Source of the DNA: a virus
Direction: 5' to 3' (one strand)
Length of the DNA stretch: 64,000 nt
Virus record (IMG/VR): IMGVR_UViG_3300032607_000125
Coordinates: 66,183 to 130,182 of that record
Shown here: positions 54,980 through 64,000 of the stretch, piece by piece
Layout: each line of letters opens with the position of its first letter
Position numbering within the stretch: position 1 is the stretch's first letter
The notes under the pieces: generated by a model
What the model was told of the DNA's origin: nothing
Databases searched by the model: none
What the model saw: only the letters and a program-made list of their open reading frames with translations
Position numbers and translations under genes: made by a program

Positions 54980-55971
54980 TGGGATTTTATACAACAAATC
55001 AAGGATACATTGGAGTTGTTGGCAGCAATAGATCAACCAATTTACAAGTAATTGGTTCTTCAGTAGTATTAGGCGCAGTAGGATTGTATCCATTTAGTAA
55101 TTTTACTTTTACCAACGGAACACAAGTAGGCCGATTTGGGCCAGATCTGAGTAACTTGCTTAGTTCGTACAACACAACAGTGGACCCGTGGTTAACCGAT
55201 TTAGAGTTTTATAATGCTGTCGATGGGATTCAATTTTGGACAGTACCTGCCGATGGTTTGTATCAAATAACATGCTATGGTGCACAAGGCGGCGGAGACC
55301 AAGGCGGGTTAGGAGCAAGTATTAAAGGTACTTTTACGTTAACCTCCGGCGAAGTATTAAATATATTGGTGGGTCACGTTGGATTAAGTTCAACTCATGC
55401 AGCAGGCGGGGGCGGTGTATCTGCTGCATGGAGAAGTGATTTAACATTGTTAGTTGCAGCAGGCGCCGGCGGCGGCGTAACTCCTGGTGGCACCAGGGTA
55501 GATGGGTGCAACGGACAAATAGCTACATCAGGTAGTGTCGGGCAAGCAAGCCCTGCTTGGAATAACTATTCAGGTGGTGATGATGGCGGCGGCGGCGCCA
55601 GCTCATCAGGAACCGGCGGCGGCGGCTCAGGAGGAGGATGGTTATTTGATGCTGGATCGGATAGCACTGGCGCAGCTCAGGGCTTAGGTCGACCAAACGG
55701 CTGGTTAGGTGGAATCAGTAGAACGTCCGGTACTGTGCCAGTTACTGGATCGTTCGGCGGTGGCGGTGGCGCAAGTTCCGGCAGCCCTATAAATACATTT
55801 AATGGTGGTGCCGGCGGCGGCGGTTATTCGGGTGGTGGTGCTGGCGTGGGTGATGGTGACGGTAGTCCCGGTCGAGGCGGTGGTGGTGGATCATTTAACT
55901 CTGGCAGCAATCGGCTTAACCAAACTGGTATCGGCCTCGGCGATGGATTAGTGGAAATCGCACTTTTATAA
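54979..55971 (+). CDS. Glycine-rich (PE-PGRS-like) fibre/adhesin protein
   Basis: WTVP..G.Y.I...GA.GG, many GGGG runs. Confidence 0.75.
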   Translation: MGFYTTNQGYIGVVGSNRSTNLQVIGSSVVLGAVGLYPFSNFTFTNGTQVGRFGPDLSNLLSSYNTTVDPWLTDLEFYNAVDGIQFWTVPADGLYQITCYGAQGGGDQGGLGASIKGTFTLTSGEVLNILVGHVGLSSTHAAGGGGVSAAWRSDLTLLVAAGAGGGVTPGGTRVDGCNGQIATSGSVGQASPAWNNYSGGDDGGGGASSSGTGGGGSGGGWLFDAGSDSTGAAQGLGRPNGWLGGISRTSGTVPVTGSFGGGGGASSGSPINTFNGGAGGGGYSGGGAGVGDGDGSPGRGGGGGSFNSGSNRLNQTGIGLGDGLVEIALL

Positions 55972-55989
55972 TATGGATGAAAAAAAGAT

Positions 55990-57075
55990 ATGAGAAGAAA
56001 TTCCGGTATAATAGGTGAACAGCAGACAACTTCCACTGAACATGCTTCCGGTGTATTTGACTTGTTTGATGTATACAATGCTAGAAAAAATGATATGTGG
56101 CCGATTACGCCATTTACACCAATTTCAGCTTCACCTCCTGCATCAATATCAAATACATACAGTTTCAACTTTACTGGATCTGATCAATTATTCACTATAC
56201 CGGATAATGTAAATTGGATACTTGTAACGGCTGATGGTGGAGGAGGAGGTGCCGGTGTAAGCATTGCAACGCCTCCTGGACACGGCGGCCGCATTACAGG
56301 ATGGGTAATAGTTGAACCTGGCCAAGTATATACGGTTATTGCTGGCGGTGGTGGCTCCGGGCGAGGCCCAGCCGCTACTGCTAGGTATGGCGGTGGCGCT
56401 GGTGGCTTTAGTGGTATTCTTAATAACTTAGGAAATCATATTATTACAGCGGGCGGCGGAGGAGCCAGTCAAATAAACTTACCTATCATTACATCTGGGC
56501 TAGCAGTGACTGCAGGAGGACATTCGCTTGTTTTTAGTAATACTTCAGCAGCTGGCGGCCTTGGTGGGTTTGCTAATTCGAATACATCATCTGACTCTAT
56601 TTTAATTGGAGCAGCTGGGGCGTCAACAGGCGGCGGAGAGGGTGGAACTACGTGGAATGGCAGTTCGTCTCTTGACGCAGGTGGCGGTGGCGGTGGTGGC
56701 GGCTTTGGTGTTATTGCTGGCCTTGGAGGACTAGGTAATAATGGAAGCAATACATCAGTAAATAATACCGGCGAAGGCGGTGGTGGCGGTTATGGTGGTG
56801 GTGGCGGTGGTGGTGGTGGTGGCTTTGGCAGTCAAACACAACGTACGAATCCCGGATCTGGTGGTGGCGGCGGCTATATAGGAGGCCAAGGCGGCGAGAA
56901 TTCATTATCAAACCGACACAGTGCTGGCCAAGGTGGATGGAATTTCTTTTTTTGGTCCTCTAATCCTAGAGGTGGCAATTCGATAGCTCCTACTTCGACG
57001 CAGGGCGCAGGGGCACTTGGCGCAACAGCAGCAGGCGGTAATGGTGCTAACGGCACAGTAACAATACAATGGTGA
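55990..57075 (+). CDS. Glycine-rich fibre/adhesin protein
   Basis: FT.P..V.W..V...GGGGG, C-terminal GG.G.V.I.W. Confidence 0.75.
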   Translation: MRRNSGIIGEQQTTSTEHASGVFDLFDVYNARKNDMWPITPFTPISASPPASISNTYSFNFTGSDQLFTIPDNVNWILVTADGGGGGAGVSIATPPGHGGRITGWVIVEPGQVYTVIAGGGGSGRGPAATARYGGGAGGFSGILNNLGNHIITAGGGGASQINLPIITSGLAVTAGGHSLVFSNTSAAGGLGGFANSNTSSDSILIGAAGASTGGGEGGTTWNGSSSLDAGGGGGGGGFGVIAGLGGLGNNGSNTSVNNTGEGGGGGYGGGGGGGGGGFGSQTQRTNPGSGGGGGYIGGQGGENSLSNRHSAGQGGWNFFFWSSNPRGGNSIAPTSTQGAGALGATAAGGNGANGTVTIQW

Positions 57076-57197
57076 TCTTATGGTTTTTCAAATTAAATAA
57101 ACATAGATGATTAATACATTGTCAAATAACTGTGATAATATCAATAGTCCATTTAATATTATTTGGCTGACAGAGTATAATAAAATAGGAATTAAAG

Positions 57198-58466
57198 ATG
57201 GCATCAATTAACTTTCCAGCAACACCTTCTCTTAACGACACGTTCATTTTTGGTAATATCACATTTCAGTGGGATGGTGTGAAATGGAAAACTGTAGCAT
57301 CTAGTCAGTCGTCAAACACTGTATTTGCAGCCCCAAATGGGACTACAGGAACTCCTTCTTTTAGAGCGATTGTAGCTGCTGATATACCCACATTAAATCA
57401 AAACACTACAGGTTCAGCAGGTTCAGCAGCTACGCTTACTACATCTAGAACGATTGGTGGTGTTAGCTTTAATGGTTCAGCTAATATTAACTTACCTGGT
57501 GTCAATGCAGCAGGTAATCAAAGTACGACTGGCTCAGCAGCTACGCTTACTACATCTAGAACGATTGGTCTTTCTGGTGCAGCAACAGGTACAGCTACCG
57601 GCTTTAATGGTTCAGCTAATATTACTATTGCAGTCACTGCACTTAATGCCACTAATTTAACATCTGGGACAGTCCCTAATGCTAGAGTATCTGGTACTTA
57701 TACTGGTCTGACTAACTTGACTGGTTCAGGCACAGTTGACTTTGCGAAGTTTGCAGGGCTCGTTACTGACCTAGTTAGTACACCTAGTTTTACATGGACA
57801 GGTGATTTAACTACTGGTTTTTATAGACCTACTGTTAGTCAAATTGGTGTAACAATAGCTGGTACGCAGAGAGCATTGTTTACTTCTACTGGTTTAACTG
57901 TAAATGGAACTGTTACTAGTACAAATTTGTCGGGTACAAATACTGGCGATCAAACTCTTGCTTCTTTAGGTGGTCAAGAAGCCCTAGTCTCCGGCACAAA
58001 CATCCGAACCATTAACGGTGAAACCCTGCTTGGCGCAAGCAATATAGTCGTTACTGGTGCAACTGGACCAACTGGACCAACTGGACCAACTGGACCTGCT
58101 GGTGCAGATTCTACTGTTCCTGGACCTCAAGGCGACGGCTTTTTAGTAATTCCTCAAGTTGTGTATTCGTCTAATACGTTTTTACCTCTTAGTACTTCTG
58201 GAAAACATGTCTTGCACCCATCTACTGCTGTTGATTCTGTAACTTATTACATAAGAGGTACATATAATTGGGAAACAGGAACTGTAATTACAATAATAAA
58301 TCAAATTGGCGCTGGAGCAATAATTATATCAGAATATGAAAACACTATCATAAGACTTGCTGGTTCAGGTGAAACTGGCAGTAAAACATTAGATGCTGCC
58401 TGTATGGCAACATTGTTATATTTGGGTAATAATGAATGGATCGCAAGTGGTATGGGATTATCATGA
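57198..58466 (+). CDS. Tail fibre protein with internal repeats and a short collagen tract
   Basis: MA.INFP..P, two SAATLTTSRTIG repeats, (GPT)n. Confidence 0.8.
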   Translation: MASINFPATPSLNDTFIFGNITFQWDGVKWKTVASSQSSNTVFAAPNGTTGTPSFRAIVAADIPTLNQNTTGSAGSAATLTTSRTIGGVSFNGSANINLPGVNAAGNQSTTGSAATLTTSRTIGLSGAATGTATGFNGSANITIAVTALNATNLTSGTVPNARVSGTYTGLTNLTGSGTVDFAKFAGLVTDLVSTPSFTWTGDLTTGFYRPTVSQIGVTIAGTQRALFTSTGLTVNGTVTSTNLSGTNTGDQTLASLGGQEALVSGTNIRTINGETLLGASNIVVTGATGPTGPTGPTGPAGADSTVPGPQGDGFLVIPQVVYSSNTFLPLSTSGKHVLHPSTAVDSVTYYIRGTYNWETGTVITIINQIGAGAIIISEYENTIIRLAGSGETGSKTLDAACMATLLYLGNNEWIASGMGLS

Positions 58467-59269
58467 GTGTAGTACAACAAATTTTATTAATTCAAGGTAA
58501 TGCGTTTAGTCTTGTTACGCCAGGACAAGAAGAATTTATAACGCCTGGAACATATTCTTGGGTTGCACCAGCAACAGTTACAAGCGTTTCTGTACTTTGT
58601 ATTGGTGGAGGCTCAAACTTATTATATGGTGGTGGCGGTGGCGGTCTAGGTTATATAAACAATTATGCTGTTATACCAGGAGAAACATACCTTGTAGTAG
58701 TAGGTGTGGGCGGAATTAAAGATATAAATACCGGGCTTGGTGATGATACTTATTTTATTTCAATTGATGTTGTCTGTGGTGGTGGTGGTACAGCTGCCAG
58801 TAATACTACAGTTGGTTTTGGCGGCCGGTTTGTTGGAACAGGTGGCGGCAATGGCGGAAGTGGCGGTGTTGCTGGAAGTGGTGCTGCTGGCGGTTATAGT
58901 GGAGGTGGTCGAGGTGGAAGTGGCAAAGGCGCAAATAGTCAAGTTGTAGCAGGTAATGCTGGAAGTAACGGAGGTGGTGGCGGCGGTGGTTCAGGTTCTG
59001 GTTATTCGCCGGGCGGTGGCGGTGGCACCGGAATATATGGAATGGGCGAAAGTGGCGCTGGAGGTGATAGTAGTGGCGGCGGTGGCGGCGGCGGTTCAGG
59101 TGGAACTGCTGGAAGTAGTAATATGCCTTTTAGTATTGGCGGTGTATATGGTGGAGGCGCTTCTCATCGAGGTAGCAATAATGGTGGAACTGCTGGACAT
59201 GGAGCTTTACGCATTATTTGGCCGGGTGAGACTCGAAGATTTCCAAGTCTTAGAACAATAGATGAATAA
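58463..59269 (+). CDS. Glycine-rich fibre/adhesin protein
   Basis: F.TPGTYSW.AP..VTSVSV.C.GGG; GA.RIIWPG..R.FPS. Confidence 0.75.
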   Translation: MSVVQQILLIQGNAFSLVTPGQEEFITPGTYSWVAPATVTSVSVLCIGGGSNLLYGGGGGGLGYINNYAVIPGETYLVVVGVGGIKDINTGLGDDTYFISIDVVCGGGGTAASNTTVGFGGRFVGTGGGNGGSGGVAGSGAAGGYSGGGRGGSGKGANSQVVAGNAGSNGGGGGGGSGSGYSPGGGGGTGIYGMGESGAGGDSSGGGGGGGSGGTAGSSNMPFSIGGVYGGGASHRGSNNGGTAGHGALRIIWPGETRRFPSLRTIDE

Positions 59270-59278
59270 GGATAAACA

Positions 59279-59836
59279 ATGAAATATGCACAAATAAATC
59301 AAACGAGCACTGAAGCTATTCAAATAAATGAAAATGAAATTATTGCATGGGATTCAACTCATTTTTGTCGTATATTAAAATTAACAGCCGATCAAATTGT
59401 ACAATTCAAAATTGTAGAACTGCATGTGACGCCTGAACCACAAATTGATCCTATTACTCAAACTGTGATGCGCGATGGTTGCGAATTTGCAAATAACGTA
59501 TGGCAATATAAATGGTCAATTATTGAATTATTTGCTACACAAGAAGAGCGTGACAAAGCACACGCCGAATTAGCTGAAGATATGCGATTAGCTTCAATTC
59601 CATTTAAAGTCGATATGCGCCAAGCACGCCTTGCTCTACTTCAAAGTGGACATCTTTCAACAGTATCAAATGCAATTGCATCAATGCAAGGCGTTGATGG
59701 GGACGCAGCAAGAATTGAATGGGAATTTGCTGCGACAGTAATACGCGATGATTCACTTACACAAGCACTAATATCTATTTTGGGTTTAACTGATTTACAA
59801 GTAGATGAACTATTCACACAAGCAGGAAAATTATGA
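59279..59836 (+). CDS. Tail-fibre-associated/assembly protein
   Basis: V.MRQARLALL..G.L...IEWE.A...R...Q.DELF..A. Confidence 0.7.
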   Translation: MKYAQINQTSTEAIQINENEIIAWDSTHFCRILKLTADQIVQFKIVELHVTPEPQIDPITQTVMRDGCEFANNVWQYKWSIIELFATQEERDKAHAELAEDMRLASIPFKVDMRQARLALLQSGHLSTVSNAIASMQGVDGDAARIEWEFAATVIRDDSLTQALISILGLTDLQVDELFTQAGKL

Positions 59837-60165
59837 ACATATTTTATACAAACTTTGGTATACCAAAACAATTTGCAGGAATGACACGTGGGCCATTTGT
59901 CTTCATTCGACCTGAATATAAAGATGACATTGGTTTATTAGCACATGAACAAACGCATGTAAAGCAATTCTTTCGGACATTCTTCTTACATGGATTCTTC
60001 TATTTGTTTTCGGATACGTATAAGTTGAATGCAGAAGTTGAAGCATTCAAAGTCCAAGCAACATATTATTCCGGTGATACTCTTCCACAATTTGCAGAAT
60101 TCATCGCGAATAATTATGGACTAAACATCACTGCAGAAGAAGCGTTGACAAAACTTAGAGCGTAG
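59833..60165 (+). CDS. HExxH metallopeptidase-like protein
   Basis: LLAHEQTHVKQ, E.EAFK. Confidence 0.6.
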   Translation: MNIFYTNFGIPKQFAGMTRGPFVFIRPEYKDDIGLLAHEQTHVKQFFRTFFLHGFFYLFSDTYKLNAEVEAFKVQATYYSGDTLPQFAEFIANNYGLNITAEEALTKLRA

Positions 60166-60182
60166 TTACATTTGTTACCATA

Positions 60183-60204
60183 AAAAGGGCCTTCGGGTCC
60201 TTTT
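60183..60204 (+). terminator. Intrinsic terminator
   Basis: aaaagggc-cttcgg-gtcctttt. Confidence 0.75.
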
Positions 60205-60263
60205 GTCGTTTCTGTGTACATTAAATCGTCGATGTTGTATAATCAATACAACAAGGAACAAAT

Positions 60264-60446
60264 ATGAAATATAGCGTAGTGATTATTCAGGTCAGTCATA
60301 AAGTATGTAACGAGGTCATGGAGACCAACATCTTTGATAATGTCGAGCAAGCCCAGCAATTCGTCAATGACTTCAATGCTGTACAACTCATTATGCCTAC
60401 TGATCCTAGGCTGGTCGCTATGAATCCCATCGCATTCGCAGATTGA
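60264..60446 (+). CDS. Small early protein
   Basis: After promoter 60215, AAGGA RBS. Confidence 0.65.
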   Translation: MKYSVVIIQVSHKVCNEVMETNIFDNVEQAQQFVNDFNAVQLIMPTDPRLVAMNPIAFAD

Positions 60447-60447
60447 T

Positions 60448-60678
60448 ATGCATCCCAACATTATCAATATCATCTCCAACAACGCTCGCATTCGGGACTT
60501 CTATAACATAGGTCCAGTACAAAAGGCAGCGATTGAAGATCTTATTTCCGATGTAGCATGCGAAGCACTTCTTATCATATATCGTAATCACCACATTCAA
60601 GCAGGTGAGATACAAGTCTATATAGACATCGAAAAACAATTCGGTGAACACTTCACCAATAGGAAACCAAATGTCTGA
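60448..60678 (+). CDS. Small early protein
   Basis: Operon spacing. Confidence 0.55.
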   Translation: MHPNIINIISNNARIRDFYNIGPVQKAAIEDLISDVACEALLIIYRNHHIQAGEIQVYIDIEKQFGEHFTNRKPNV

Positions 60679-60838
60679 TTGCAACACACCTCGTATTAAA
60701 CCCGCGTTGTATAGCGTCGGCGTCGGTGATGATGGGCAGACTCAACTTACGCTTAACAATGAGTATGGATCTATCACTTTGTCAATGGGATCCGAAGCTG
60801 TTGAACAAATGATTAGACTCCTTGAAGCTACGTTGTGA
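60671..60838 (+). CDS. Small early protein
   Basis: AGGA RBS, ATG 60671. Confidence 0.6.
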   Translation: MSDCNTPRIKPALYSVGVGDDGQTQLTLNNEYGSITLSMGSEAVEQMIRLLEATL

Positions 60839-61038
60839 CTGCTCCAACTAAGTTCAACAAGGTGCTGGGCTATCGCATGGTGTTTGAGCCAATCATTCAA
60901 CCATCGGGGTATGTCTATACACAAGCGTTCATCCTATGCAGTCAATGTAAGGCACCTATCTCATCTCACGGTGGCCCGTGCTATCACTCCCTATGTATCC
61001 CATGTTTTGAAGCGATGAACGATGACCTGTCGATGTAA
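60835..61038 (+). CDS. Small zinc-finger protein
   Basis: CSQC...CIPC. Confidence 0.6.
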   Translation: MTAPTKFNKVLGYRMVFEPIIQPSGYVYTQAFILCSQCKAPISSHGGPCYHSLCIPCFEAMNDDLSM

Positions 61039-61249
61039 AGTATGTCTCGAATATAAGGAGTTCAATGATCGTATTGGTTTGCTACCGATCGAGCATCAGG
61101 ACTTCTTCAATCGGATGTACGATAAGGTAACATACCTAGAGAGTGTCACTGCTCAACTTCAAGGCATCATCGACGGTACGTGGCCAAATGCCGATGAATT
61201 CATCAAACGAAAGAGAGAACTCCATGCTGCACGTAGTATCGGGAAATAA
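61022..61249 (+). CDS. Small hypothetical protein
   Basis: Overlaps both neighbours. Confidence 0.55.
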   Translation: MTCRCKVCLEYKEFNDRIGLLPIEHQDFFNRMYDKVTYLESVTAQLQGIIDGTWPNADEFIKRKRELHAARSIGK

Positions 61250-62096
61250 TATCGAGTTCACCAACTATGTTAGGGAGAAGTCACTTCAACCTGCTCAAGC
61301 AAAGTATGTATCAAATGTTGATACATTGAGAGGTTTGAATGACATCACCGGTGTCTTCATCGGCACATGCTACGATCGACCCGACATTGCTTCCATCGTC
61401 CAGTGTATTAACATCATACGAACTAGGACAGCAAAGCCTTTGATTAAACTTGATAGTCTGCGTGACATGTCTAGTCATAGTCAAATCAAGGGTAAGAGCC
61501 CCACATCGCTGATCGTAGATGAAGTCCAAAGCTGGTCACAGACCAATGTTCCAACTCCTCGGCATACTGTCATCACTCAACGCTATACAATCAATGTTAG
61601 ACTAGGCCGTGGACTAAGAGAAGATCATATAATCACGGCCCAAGCCGCGAAATATAACTCCTATTGTAATACTGAATCAAGAACTATATTCGGCGAAACA
61701 TCGTACACCTTCACATCATGGGAAGATGCTAAGCACTTCGCGAACGACACATCACCGGACTCGACCTTTGGAGTTAATTGTTCTGGCGCGGCTTGGCTTG
61801 ATTCCACGACCAAGCCATACGACACTTCCACTCAACGCTACATCAATCCATACCAGCTTGACGCTAACACAGCATCAACTGTCTATACTGTATCAATCCC
61901 ATGTACGGAAGCAGCGACCTCAACATTTATTATACCAGAATATATACAAGAAGCACTAAAGCATGCTAGATCATTCTCATCCTATATCACCAATACATGG
62001 AGTAAGACTACCTGCTGTTATCAGTATCTCTTCACTAATAGTACAGAAGCTGCATCCTTCGCCGTTACATGCAATGGATGTGTAACCACACAATAG
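61224..62096 (+). CDS. Hypothetical protein
   Basis: Long open frame, no recognised motif. Confidence 0.6.
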   Translation: MLHVVSGNNIEFTNYVREKSLQPAQAKYVSNVDTLRGLNDITGVFIGTCYDRPDIASIVQCINIIRTRTAKPLIKLDSLRDMSSHSQIKGKSPTSLIVDEVQSWSQTNVPTPRHTVITQRYTINVRLGRGLREDHIITAQAAKYNSYCNTESRTIFGETSYTFTSWEDAKHFANDTSPDSTFGVNCSGAAWLDSTTKPYDTSTQRYINPYQLDANTASTVYTVSIPCTEAATSTFIIPEYIQEALKHARSFSSYITNTWSKTTCCYQYLFTNSTEAASFAVTCNGCVTTQ

Positions 62097-62482
62097 ATTG
62101 TCCATTTCATTACCGAGCAGTAATAAAAATACCGAGCAGTAATAAAAATACTACTCGGTAATAATATGAACTGGTAGTACATGATTTGTATATGTACAAT
62201 AAATCGCTTCTGAGGTATAATGATTGTATAAACGACTACGTAAGATCGATAACATGCTGCCGGCGAAGAACGGTACACAACGCTGACACTATGCAACGGT
62301 ACAAGACCAGTTCGTGGGAAAACCACCGCCTGCAAGCCTTGCGAGACTAAGGGCGCCATGACACATTGCGTACGTATGCACTAGTCAGGTAACCATACAG
62401 CCTTGCTGTTTTTATGCATAGAACACTGCATATCTATGATTCTAGCGGTGTACAATAAATCGTCTATTTGTTATAATAAATC

Positions 62483-62689
62483 ATGAACAAATTAAATACC
62501 TCAGAGATTCTTTCAGCTACCAACGACTTTGCTCACCTGTCGTACAAGGACAAAGGAAGCTTCTCCTATGCTTGTGGAACCTTCCAGTCCATGTTGGCAA
62601 CCATTGTCTCTGAGTTGCCAAAGCACAAGCAGATGGAGTTCCTCAAGACTCTGGAACAGGCAATGGAACGTATTGGTCAACCCGCATAA
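62483..62689 (+). CDS. Small early protein
   Basis: Directly after promoter 62449. Confidence 0.65.
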   Translation: MNKLNTSEILSATNDFAHLSYKDKGSFSYACGTFQSMLATIVSELPKHKQMEFLKTLEQAMERIGQPA

Positions 62690-62700
62690 AAGGATTCACT

Positions 62701-62873
62701 ATGCATATCGTTACACTTGGTGTTGTTGCTCTCTGGCTGGCTGGTATCGTTGGCTGGGTCATGAATATCATCACAATCATTCAGATCTCCCGTTGGAGAT
62801 GACCGGCATGCTGGTTGCACGAGTCATTGGTGTCTTTGTCGCGCCACTCGGAGCTGTTCTGGGTTACTTTTAA
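62701..62873 (+). pseudogene. Frameshifted small membrane protein gene
   Basis: MHIVTLG...GWVMNII stops at 62802, while the hydrophobic C-terminus TGMLVARVIGVFVAPLGAVLGYF continues in another frame. Confidence 0.5.
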
Positions 62874-63030
62874 TGGCTCAAGTGTAACCCACCAAGGTAC
62901 ATTTGATCCATAATCAGCGTGTCCGGAGAGACGGATAGTTCTGGACCGGTGAAAACGGAACAAAGACCGGCCGTCCTGTGTACATTAATTAGACGTTGTG
63001 GTATAATTAATCAAGAAACAGGGATACACC

Positions 63031-63204
63031 ATGGCTAAATTTGATCAAAACCGCTACGAAACCCTGCAAGTCCTGCGGAAGTTGGACAAATTGGACGAGA
63101 ATACTGAGAAAGAACTCCAAGATATGGCTATGGAGAAGCTCTTCAACATCATTGAGTCGGATCCTAGCCTCCTTGCAGTCTTCAAACGGTTGAAAGACCG
63201 TTAA
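63031..63204 (+). CDS. Small early protein (57 aa), not in the ORF track
   Basis: MAKFDQNRYETLQVLRKLD...; after promoter 62979. Confidence 0.65.
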   Translation: MAKFDQNRYETLQVLRKLDKLDENTEKELQDMAMEKLFNIIESDPSLLAVFKRLKDR

Positions 63205-63239
63205 GTTATACCATAATCAGCGTGTCCGGAGGAATCAGT

Positions 63240-63407
63240 ATGAATGAATACCGCATAGAATTTATATTTCTTGATCATGAATCGGATATAGCTCCATCCC
63301 GTGAGTATACTATAGTCGAAGCTCGCAATTTAGATGAAGCAGAGCAAGTATTCTATCTGAATCCAGATAGTTTTGGTTGTCATATACAGAATATATCGCT
63401 CTATTGA
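63240..63407 (+). CDS. Small hypothetical protein
   Basis: GGAGG RBS, ATG 63240. Confidence 0.55.
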   Translation: MNEYRIEFIFLDHESDIAPSREYTIVEARNLDEAEQVFYLNPDSFGCHIQNISLY

Positions 63408-63470
63408 TTTAATATATTGTACCAGACACGCTGATAACAGAACAGATTAAGTAAGAATCAAAGATATAAT

Positions 63471-63752
63471 ATGAAACAAGACTATACGATCTATATCACC
63501 AAGGCAGACAGCAGGACTAAATCAGGTTATCGTGCAGTGAGTACAACAGTTTGGACTGCGCGAGATGATGCCGGCATGCACCGGGAAGTTATTGAGTTGT
63601 ATAATTTCTATCCAATGGAGAAAGGTTATAAAATCGAGTATGCTCCAAGCATGAAAATGGTTAAGAGTCTCATGACTGGTGAATTAGTCGCGATTGATAG
63701 GGATACTCCATGGTCTTGTAATCCTGCTTCTGAGAGTTATTGGTCTAATTAG
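63471..63752 (+). CDS. Small hypothetical protein
   Basis: 93 aa; C-terminal DRDTPWSCNPASE.YW. Confidence 0.65.
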   Translation: MKQDYTIYITKADSRTKSGYRAVSTTVWTARDDAGMHREVIELYNFYPMEKGYKIEYAPSMKMVKSLMTGELVAIDRDTPWSCNPASESYWSN

Positions 63753-64000
63753 ATTTAATATATTGTACCAGACACGCTGTTAATGGTATAATTATCTTCT
63801 GTTCCCTGCTATTAATCCTTATTGATACTCCAGTCCAGTCAATCTATACCATTAACGGCGTGTCTGGATAATGGTATACCGCTTTAGCGGAACAGGATAG
63901 TTCTGGACCGGAGACAAGTGAATAGATCTGCACAAAGTAGTGTACAACAATTAGACGTTATGGTATAATTGATCTATCAAAACAGGAAAAGATCATGAAC

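Larger units (their letters stand above)
62908..63911. repeat. Family of (g/a)GACACGCYG...ATGGTATA repeats in both orientations, plus ggatagttctggaccgg x2
   Basis: Copies near 62908(-), 63211(-), 63423(+), 63769(+), 63848(-); 17-mer at 62933 and 63895. Confidence 0.75.

Noticed and set aside
53912-59836. Diversity-generating retroelement acting on the fibres
   Set aside because: No reverse transcriptase, and no TR/VR pair differing only at adenines was noticed.
46848-62163. CRISPR array or mini-array
   Set aside because: Repeats occur only twice or are promoters or inverted stems; there is no run of constant repeats with unique equal-length spacers.
146-62963. Most minus-strand and nested ORFs in the six-frame track (e.g. 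7684-8127, 22235-22759, 54478-54939, 62021-62359)
   Set aside because: They are shadows of well-supported + strand genes or tRNAs, with no RBS or motifs. Only 11888-12511 (-) and the nested o-spanin are supported.
1-64000. Alternative genetic code or stop-codon suppression
   Set aside because: Core genes are full length with TAA, TAG and TGA all used as stops; the TTA-loop element lacks U33, purine 37 and CCA.

Overview
The window is a gene-dense, AT-rich segment of a large T4-like (Tevenvirinae-type) myophage, almost entirely on the + strand. Spanins, sigma70-type early promoters and rrn-like boxA sites suggest a Gram-negative, probably proteobacterial, host. From left to right it holds: the replication module (gp45, gp44, gp62, regA, hsp20, gp43, uvsX, gp41); a glucosyl-hydroxymethylcytosine cluster (gp42, dCMP deaminase, alpha-glucosyltransferase, a divergent C5-methyltransferase homologue); a block of probable capsid-packaged internal proteins; a spanin pair; nucleotide metabolism genes (thyX, nrdA, thioredoxin, nrdB); dsbA, rnh and ligase; an array of about 26 tRNAs covering all 20 amino acids; a tail-fibre/Gly-rich cassette; and small early genes. 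Most notable: (1) nrdA is fractured by a MobE-like HNH gene, and its halves carry charge-complementary tails that look like the capture lobe of a split intein with the catalytic residues gone; (2) gp41 is fractured by an antisense HNH gene and carries an atypical split intein with a 16-aa IntN; (3) a 31-codon leader peptide with mutually exclusive antiterminator and terminator hairpins sits in front of the tRNA array, followed by hairpin+boxA sites; (4) three endonuclease ORFs each end inside a downstream tRNA gene; (5) a family of stem-loops pairs with or abuts tRNA CCA ends. All calls were made by eye from motifs and remembered family consensus; no searches or folding were run.
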